DNA of 63,250 bases, counting the filler, from Choristocarpus tenellus KU-1152 (lineage: Eukaryota > Protista > Phaeophyceae): the NCBI GenBank assembly GCA_964200185.2. It is 12 parts of 12 records of this genome, joined end to end, with 100 filler letters (N's around TTAATTAATTAA, not from the genome) between each part and the next. Parts side by side here need not be neighbours in the genome. Positions count along the whole stretch, not along the records: positions 54,815 to 58,910 come from CAXNAD020016240.1; positions 59,011 to 63,250 come from CAXNAD020015530.1; 10 more parts are not named here. The stretch is one strand, 5' to 3'. Below, piece by piece: positions 54,848 through 63,250 of the stretch. The number at the start of each line of letters is the position of its first letter. Position 1 is the first letter of the stretch. Under the pieces are notes generated by a model. That model saw only the letters and a list, made by a program, of their open reading frames with translations. It made no database searches and was not told where the DNA came from. The translations under genes were made by a program, and so were the position numbers.

Positions 54848-55039
54848 GGCTCAAAGTATCTGGGGGGGGGGGGGGGGGGGGTGGGGGGGTCTACACCAAA
54901 GTGTCCATTTGGGCCTTGACCAGGACAAGCGTACTTATGATATCCATCCAAGATATGGAACCAAATCATCCGAAAATTGAAACATGGAAAAATGGGCCCC
55001 AAATGGGCAGTCACCACCCCCCACCAGATACTTTGAGCC
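54848..55039 (-). mobile_element. MITE family B, full copy (192 bp)
   Basis: gtta|ggctcaaagtatctgg...ccagatactttgagcc|gttg, with perfect 16-bp TIRs. Confidence 0.9.
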
Positions 55040-56419
55040 GTTGACACGCCTTGAAATTATTGCATGTGTCGGCACAGGCGATGTGCTTTCACTGACCCAT
55101 TCAGCCCAACCAACACCCTACACCACCCCTACCATTGTCAGTGTAAGAGGTGCTACTATACACCAGTCGTTTCCATATTCATACAAATAAATGCCCTGGC
55201 TGATTTTACCATGACACCTGGAGCTTTCAAGTTTAAAGGTTTCGACATATTCCTCACTATGGTTGCATTTGTGGACTGCGGTTGATGCAGCAACAGAAAA
55301 AGGTCGTTCATCTTGAATTATCACATGAAGGAGACAGGCCAGGCCGCCTGGACCTAAACAAGGGATCACATCCAGGAGGAGGTAATTGTCCAGTGAACAG
55401 TGGTTGAACGAGAGAGAGCAATAGAATATGATGACATGGCTTGTTGCCATTGATTTAGCCCCAAGAAAAGAGTGCAGATCAATCGAGTCCCCAAATTCTT
55501 CTTGCACTTTGAGTTATCACACCAAGCAACAATGTCTCCAGCTAAACTCAACCACAAAAAAATATTTTATGTATACGGAGGTCCCTGCACCCTCAACCCC
55601 ACACACCACCAATAACCGAATCAACCACTACACCACGGTACATACTCCGGAGTATTAAATTGTCATCTGTACTCATCAATCTTGTTGCCCCTGAAGTACG
55701 TATAATGATAGATCCGAGTCGAAGTAAGCAAGAGCTATCTATCTATCCACAGTTCCATTTTGAGGAGGTTGGCAAATGTGTTCAAATTTGGCTTCTTTTT
55801 TTTTTTTTTTTAAATGCATGTTGGATGTTTTCTGAATGCTGTTGGAAAAAAAAAGAAAAAAAAGGCTCAAGTAATGGATGGGGAAATCAATGCTCTCAAA
55901 AGCCAAAAACTTAGTACTTCATCCAGAGAAATAAGGGCAATTGCAAAAGATTTGAAAAGCTGGTTTAAAATGCAAAACGATCAAAAGCTAGTTACCTCTA
56001 GCTTACTTTAACTCTCTTGACCATACTTTAACTCAGATGAATATCCGCTCGCATTCCATCACGGGAATACCCGGGTTCAAACTAAGGTGCGGAAGTCAGA
56101 TATTCTTCCAAAGAGGTTGACTTCAATGGACCAGTGCCGGTTGCATTGGGAGGTATTGTTCTGACTGGTGTTAGACGAGCGTGGTTTACACGTTTACCAC
56201 TTGTAACGTTCACTCAGGTATGACGTTGTATCCTTGCAAGACTATTGTATGTGTGCAGTTAAAATTGTTGCTGCGGGGATTAAAAGGAACAACACACCGC
56301 ACAACGCCATATCAGCCAAGGAACTGTCCAATGTCCATCTGCATCACAGGTCAACAAGGGAGACAAAAGAAGACTCACCCCTCACCCCGACATCTCCGCT
56401 AATAATCTGTGTCATGGTC

Positions 56420-57560
56420 TCGCCTTCCGATTCATCCCGTTCCTCATCATCCTTACTAAGAGCATCTCATCACCTACGTCCTGCGCCAGGCCCTCAGCTG
56501 TATCCTCCTGCTCTTCTAGTTGTAGCCACCCCTGAGCCCTAATGATGCTGTTGTGGTCAGAAACTTCACCAGCCTTCGTCTGGATGTTGTCCAATCCTCC
56601 ACCAAGCCAGGATCATAGTCTCCCTCACCCTCCTTTCCTTGTTGGACGCTCATGCTTAGCTCCTGCTGGAGCTCTGTGAGGTCATGTACATTTTGGTCAT
56701 GTGCACCTTGAAGTACACCATGACCCACCACTGCAGCAAGTTCAGCTTGCCTTGGGGCATTTAATATGTTTGCCTTCAGCCAGTGCCTATCGTCAGGGTC
56801 AGTAGGCAGGGTATAGAGCAAGGATCTGTTGTGAAGTAAAACAGTGAAAGCAAGGGCTTGGGGGACAAACGTGGTTGTGGGGGTGGCAAGGAAAATGACA
56901 TGATAGGAATTCAAGAGTTACATGTACCTGGCGATGGAGACCTCGTTGAGCTTGTCCCTGGCCTGAACCCCGATCTCGCATGCACATCATTGCCTTCAGT
57001 CAATGCAGCCATCCCCCTCACATCTTATTTGTCGCGTGCATGTTGCCATAGTTGGAAACCTGTGGACATCATCGACATCCAGACACGCAGTAGATCCATC
57101 CAGTAGTAAACACTGCAGGCAGCAATAAAACTGTGGTCCATTGGCTGGTGTTTGCTGGTGCAGTTTAGTGGGAACTCCCATCACTCTCACCTGCCCCTTC
57201 CTATCAATCAGGTCACCATACCCAGCACAACTTTGTATCTGGAGCAGAACAGGGTTGGAAGTCACTCTCCTCACCTGTCGTGGGAAGGTTGGCCAATAAA
57301 CAATTCTTGAACATGGACACGTAAGACGAAACATCCAGCTGGCTGAAGTGCATTCATGACGTTGCTTTTTCCAAAAGCATCGCGGTTCTACCACCTTACC
57401 CATCAGGAACAAAGGCCCCCCGCGGCACATGTGCACACGATACTTTTACTTCATTCCCTTGACACCCTTCGCAATTTTCACTTTGTGCCAAACCAACTGA
57501 GAGGTAAACAAGGTTAAATTTTAATGGATACCGAGAAGGAGTAAAAAGGTGTCATTTTGT
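56420..57560 (-). mobile_element. Degenerate pogo/Tigger-type (DDE_1) transposase
   Basis: GKVVEPRCF (cf. GKSKxPRCF), ASWM and LNCTSKHQPMD (cf. PPNTTSxxQPLD), followed by an acidic tail. Frameshifted. Confidence 0.7.
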
Positions 57561-57943
57561 ACAATTGGAGAAAGAGCCTTTGCTGAAGTATTAGTGTTAC
57601 TTGGTACATGCAAAAGGGAACATCCATTTTGCATACACTATTGTGCACATTAAAGCAATGAAATAGAGTGCATTGCATAGGGTAAGAAAGATGACTTGCA
57701 ATGCGATAGATTCCAAATCTGCCCACCTCTCAATTGGTTTGGCTCATTATGCGACATTGTTCATCGAACACGATTTCTTTGTGTTTATGTGTGTGTAAGT
57801 TTGTTCATCGTAGCATGGGAAGTGTGATCAGATTTGCGTCTTCTATTGTGACATAATCTTTCACACACCATTCTTGGCACTACATTTCTGCAGTGACTTC
57901 AAGTCTCACAATAGTTTGTGGTTAAGAGATTATTTCGAAATTC

Positions 57944-58109
57944 AACAGGCGATTTCAAAAATTGAGGATGGAGCTTTCATTGAGGATGTTGACCCAAAAT
58001 TGACTGGGATAAAGTGTCATTATGTTTTTTTTTTTAATGACAATGTCAATTTTGGGTCAAGCCCATCCTCTATGAAAAGCTCCATCCTCAATTTTTGAAA
58101 TCGGCTGTT
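57944..58109. repeat. 166-bp near-perfect inverted repeat (foldback)
   Basis: aacaggcgatttcaaaaattgaggatggagcttt...ttgacccaaaattgac pairs with gtcaattttgggtcaa...aaagctccatcctcaatttttgaaatcggctgtt. Inner stem tgtcatta/taatgaca. Confidence 0.9.
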
Positions 58110-58226
58110 ATTCGTGGTTCAGAATTACCATTCTTCTCAGTAGTGTGTGTATCTCGTATACACATCTACCAGGTTGGCATTTGTCTATCTATTACCAGAC
58201 ACATATTTTCCTCAAACCGATGGATC

Positions 58227-58269
<43 letters not shown>

Positions 58270-59010
58270 TCCAACTGCCAGGCATACCTTTCATGAGTTT
58301 TTGTACGTACATCCCCCAACACTTGTGATAGGGTATCTATCCACAGGGTCTTTCCTTGTACATTTAACACAATCTGGAAGGTGGTCACCTGCACAGGAGG
58401 CTTGAAACTGTGGCATTTTGCAACATCTCCAAGCCCCCCCCCCTACGGACAAACTGCCCACGTAGGATAAGGTGACTCCGAGATCACCTTGACTTCAAGC
58501 CTCTTCACAGAGCACCTTTTCCACATAACCCTTTCCACTCAGCACCTCTACCTCAGCCTCTCCTCAGAGCATTTCTTCCTCAGGTTTCAACGCGTGCTGA
58601 TAAAGAGAAACCTGTCTCTGGAGGGGTAGCGGAAGACTCAATCCGGATCCTTAAAATGCAGACACTAATGATGTCTCGTTGATAGTGGCGGGTCTCAAAT
58701 ACATGTTGGAGTCCATTTGATAATTGGTATGACATTGGTAAAAAAGTTATGTTCATATTATATGGTATTTTAGAAAGTTTGAGCTAAGAGGGTGGATATT
58801 CGGTTCTCTTACTTTCGACACTTTCTTTTTGGAGAGGATATAACAGGGGAATCTCAAAATTGAGGAAGGCGCGGGACTATGAGGACGGTTTTTTTGCGAA
58901 AACGGTCTTANNNNNNNNNNNNNNNNNNNNNNNNNNNNNNNNNNNNNNNNNNNNTTAATTAATTAANNNNNNNNNNNNNNNNNNNNNNNNNNNNNNNNNN
59001 NNNNNNNNNN

Positions 59011-60400
59011 CTCTCTACCCTATCACATAATCCACCAGTGGTGTCTATAGTGTATCAGCAGCACTATCTACGAACAGAACCTTCCCATCCCCAACAGTCA
59101 CCGATGACCCTACCACTGGTTTTGGATCTATCAGAGCAGTAGGATTATTTGTCATATGAACCCACTGTCAAAGAACCAAAGTTCATCCACTTCGACTATA
59201 CTTCCATCGTTGCTTACAGATGAGAATCCTCCAAGCTCAACTGGTGTGCCATTTTCATCACCATCTCCAGCTTCACCAGTGTTGCTTGCATTGCCACTCC
59301 CCTTTCCTTTGCCATTCTTCTTCTTCCTTTGGGGAGCTTGTCCAGAAGATCGTTGACCTGATTCTCTCGGACCACCGTAGTGTTTGGGACAATTGTAAGC
59401 CTTGTGTCTTTTTTCTCCACAGATGTAACATGAACCTGTATAAGATCGGGACGAAACAACATTGGGACAAGAAGGTTGATAGTGTGGTCCTCCACACTGC
59501 CAGCACTCCACACGTCTTGGCTGCCGATCCTTCACAAAACCTGCATTTCCATTCCTGGATCGGGGACTCCCAACCATCAATGCACCTCCATTATTGCCCA
59601 TCCTTCGTTCATGTTGTCTTTTGCGAAGTTGATAAGTTTCGCAAACTCGTTTTTGGAGATCCATCCGTGCTGCCCGACCGCAACCTGTGACCTGGCGAAT
59701 CTCAATGAAGTACTCGTCAGTCAAGCAATTGTGCATCGCACTTACTTGTTCTTCTTCACTGGGTTCATCATCCAAGGATCGCATTTTCTTAACAATGCTA
59801 TCCAGTTCCAAGATGACTGTAGCCAGATCTTCACCAGCAGATAAATGTAGTGAATTAAGTTTTGATCTCATCGTAGCCCTTTCTGTTATACCACTTCTCC
59901 TAAAGTGGTTCGTAAGGCTTGATAGGCTTCCGAAGGACTATCATAGTTGCATGCCACCTTTCAGCAAACCTGTCCAAAGCCATCGCCAGAGCAGCCATCA
60001 CCAGAGCAGCCATCGCCATACTCGCCTTGTCTATTTCTCGTACTGATCATCTTGATGCGTCTAAGTAATCGCTGCTGACTCGGATGTGATCATCAGATAA
60101 CAGTGTATCCTTCCACCCGCCCATGGCAGCACACGAAAGGAATTTTTGTTCAAACATGACAAATCCATCACCGTCATCATCACCACTGTAGACCTTGAAC
60201 GTCGATGGCAACGGAATCAGTCTTTTTAGTCTTCGGCCCATTGATGCCCCCTGTTGTGCAGTTCTGCTAACCACCCCTCTGTCATCTTCATCATCAGACT
60301 CGAACACCTCTCCACCTTCTTCAACTGGTGTTGTAAGTGTCGTGTCTCCATACTCCGCTCTTCTCGAAGTATGTCTCCTATAACCGACGGCCTCCTCCAT
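59011..60400 (-). mobile_element. Ty1/copia gag-protease remnant
   Basis: Two CX2CX4HX4C knuckles (CWQCGGPHYQPSC, CYICGEKRHKAYNC), a UBN2-like gag region, and the protease motif WFFDSG followed by VTVGDGKVL. Stops and frameshifts present. Confidence 0.85.
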
Positions 60401-60990
60401 CGGGACTCCCCCTCAAATCGATTAAACACTAGCCTTGAGAACTTAGCACAATTCAATAAGTCGTGCTAGCTAGCAAGTTAAAGAAATTGGTGTTCTCAAG
60501 ACTTGTGTATGTAAATAACTTGATTAATTCCTCATTATGTGTAACAGGTTGTACATGAAGTAAGGAAGGTGTAAGAAAGGAGAGTGAGCTTCAAAGCTCA
60601 AAGGGGGTCATCACCTTACGATTCACATATTCTAATAACCCGTCATTCAGTCCGTTGTACTAAAATAACCCGCAGACAATATTTTCGTTTTCACCTAACA
60701 AAGACATACTATCGGTTATATTATAATAACCCGCGGACAACATTTTCATTATCCTACAATACTTCAACAAATCAATGTTTCTCCCACAGAATCATATTTT
60801 ACACACGAATAAAAAGTATATTCTTGACACCAGCGAAGCTTGGCACCGGTCACTGAAACGTCATTGGTAGAAACGTCATTGGTAGAAAGCTCCAGCGCAT
60901 CATTGTTGGCGAGCTGATGAGGGGGCAACTCAGGGGGCGGCGCAGGTGACAAAAGCCACCCCCTTGCTGTGCGAGCAACTGTCATGGTGT

Positions 60991-61745
60991 TTTCAGGCAA
61001 CAGGCGGTCTTGGGCAGCGAGAAGGTCTAGGAGTGAATTGAATTCGAAGCCAGGCGTACGATGTTTGAGTTTGAAGAGACCCATTGGACCAAAATGAAAT
61101 CCGTGTCCTAGAAAACGTGTTTATTCTCGCTGTGATGAAATAATAACTAGATTCTAATCTGGTTTCAGGCAACAGGCGGTCTTGGGCACGATTGAATTGA
61201 ATTCGAAGCCAGGCGTACGATGTTTGAGTTTGAAGAGACCTGTCGGACCAAAATGAAATCCAAACTCTGGAAAACGCGTTTATTCTCGCTGTGATGAAAT
61301 AAAAACTTGATTCTATTCTGATTTCAGGCAACAGGTGGTCTTGGGCACGATTGAATTGAATTCAAAGCCGGGCGTATGATGTTTGAGTTTCAAGTGATCC
61401 GTCAGACCAGCCTGAAAACCATGTTCTGGAAAATAGAGTCAAAGTATCTTAGAGGGTAGAGCCGCGTCCATTTGGAGGCCAAAATCCAATGTTGCAATTT
61501 TGATGTAATTTTGGCTATCATGTTTGTTAGGAGATGTCAACATCCTTCTTCCGCACACACCTTCTCATAATGTAAACATTTTACCTACTCCGGAACATCT
61601 TGGAGTAGGTAAAATGTCATTAAAAGTCCGTGGGAAGTCAAGCCCCAAATGGACAAACAGGGCAGAAATCATACCCTCTAAAATACTTTCACTCAATGCA
61701 TGTATTCTGGTTATCATGAAATAAAAATTAGATTCTATTCTTAAT
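60991..61745. repeat. Tandem array of three ~160-170-bp units; unit 3 split by MITE A
   Basis: Units start with tttcaggcaacagg.ggtcttgggca at 60991, 61163 and 61322. Confidence 0.9.
61436..61694 (+). mobile_element. MITE family A, full copy
   Basis: aata|gagtcaaagtatcttagagggta...taccctctaaaatactttcactc|aatg. Confidence 0.92.
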
Positions 61746-62057
61746 TTCAATAAATAAAAATACAAACCACCTACTTAATTGAACTAGTACGTTTGAAATG
61801 TTCCGAAACGAAAAGGTCACAGAAAACTGATACTCTATTTGTTTTAAATATGAAATCGTGTACTGTTCGATATTCATATTTTTTGGAACACAATTATCAA
61901 CAGAAAGAGAAATCTGAGTTCCTTGGGTACCGATGGACCAGATGAAATAAAGCAGCACCTCCTAACCCTCACTCCTCATTTCCATTCCTTCCCTTCCGCA
62001 CATACCACCAGCAGCTCTTTCTTATCTAACCCCGTCACACCTTCCTAATCTTCGCCA

Positions 62058-62941
62058 TGTCCAACATTCGCTCAACAACAACCCCCCCGTGTGCCAATGG
62101 CGCTGCCCACGGATTGAGAGCGTCGGACAGCAATGCCAAGGGCATGTCCTCGCACAGCACTACCTCAGCATGTACAAGATGAAACTCGGCAACACCACGT
62201 GCACGGAGATGGTGCGTCACCTGAGCAAGCGTGGCCTTGCGCATGTCAGCAAGTCTATCCGTGAAAAGGGCTGGCTCGAGCAGTTTGCTCCGTCCATCGT
62301 CATCCAACGAGACTGCTTAGGCAATGGGGACCAGCTCACCGCCGACACCGCGCTTGCCGTTCAAGGACGCACACTGGACGGAAACCATAGAATAACGGTG
62401 TTGAAGAGAGAGTTTGATCACGAATGCGCTTTCATGATGCGGGTCTACATGGAGTTCAACCAAGCAGAAGAGAGGCCAATTGCCAACGGTGAGTGATGGA
62501 GTGTTGTCGTTGTTCCATGATCACCTGACTCTTCTGATCAACTAAGTAAGTTGAGTGTTGTCGTTGTTCCATGATCGCCTGATGACTCTTCTGATCTACT
62601 AAGTTGTTGCCGTGTTTCCTTTGTTTGGTTCATCGTCAGTCAGCCCGTTGTTGATCTTTTCATTGTTGATCTTTTTTATCCCTTGTGGTCTTTCTGTCAG
62701 CAGCAACATGTTGCTCAATACTGCCTGCCGCGTGTGTCCCGCGACTGCTTCCCACCTACCCCTTGCCCCGCTCGCCCACTGCACCGCCACGCTTATAGCA
62801 TTCAGCGACGCGACTGAGAGTGTGGTTGAGCGCACGCTGTACGATAAGGTATATTTTCAGCATGAGCTCCAAGAAACTATCAAGCGCCAGACAAAGAAGA
62901 AATAAGTGTCACTAGCAGAGATCCGCAAAAAGTACAAAAAG
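62058..62941 (+). pseudogene. Spliced ParB/sulfiredoxin-like domain gene, probably pseudogenised
   Basis: VRHLSKRGLAHVSKSIREKGWL..APSIVI...RTLDGNHRITVLK fits the ParB-N pattern. The intron 62489-62798 (gtgagt...ttatag) is phase-consistent, giving IAN|AFSDATESVVERTLYDK. There is an in-frame TAA at 62903 before a donor at 62942, and the ATG at 62058 is out of frame. Confidence 0.65.
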
Positions 62942-63250
62942 GTTAGGAAGTTGTCAACGTTGTTGGGATGGTGGCGCTCTACTCCTCCTCTTGTTGGGTT
63001 ACAGCTGTTGTGAAGATCTCTCTGTGTCCTACTATTAAACCTAAGTTCAGATAGTTATCCCGCGATTAGTAACCCTGTCAACCAAATGCTTGATTTTCGG
63101 GTGACCATGTAGTATGTGTGTGTACAAAATCACAGACGAAGTGAACAGTTTTTTCTTTCAGCACTAGGTAGGCCAGGCCGCTGAGTATCACACCCCCTCC
63201 CCCCCTCCCCCGGGCAAGGTCCACTCCTTACACGGACCGTTGCGGTGTTG

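Noticed and set aside
60440-60480. Copia primer-binding site (minus-strand tagcacgac, similar to a tRNA-Ile half-molecule PBS) and LTR
   Set aside because: Only a 9-nt match, and there is no second LTR on the contig to define boundaries.
62498-62610. Two ~55-bp direct repeats after the ParB-like exon
   Set aside because: A simple tandem duplication inside the intron, including the donor-like end; no spacer structure.

Overview
Eukaryotic nuclear DNA of roughly 40-45% GC with spliceosomal introns. A bipartite plastid-targeting-like leader points to a stramenopile alga, most likely a brown alga or relative (inference). The window is not contiguous: 12 short contigs are joined by artificial 100-nt N44-TTAATTAATTAA-N44 spacers, so adjacency across spacers is meaningless. 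Host genes recognisable by motif and splice phase are a complete 7-exon FAD-dependent monooxygenase, a SETD9-like SET protein, a CxxS thioredoxin-like protein, the 5' half of class II fumarase, the first exon of a Rab32/38-like GTPase, four exons of WDR47, an unknown acidic protein and a spliced ParB/sulfiredoxin-like (pseudo)gene. The rest is mostly transposon debris: mariner, pogo, copia, CRE-type LINE 3' ends, an RNase H LINE and a possible Sola-like transposase. The most distinctive signals are (i) two different MITE families sharing a terminal motif (~GRNYCAAAGTATCT) and 4-bp target duplications, with about 18 copies or ends and a candidate partner transposase; (ii) a CCA-containing 3' half of tRNA-Ser(GCU) that stops at position 32/33 behind an LTR-like end; and (iii) the intron-containing ParB-like gene. 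No CRISPR array or other confirmed novel system was found.
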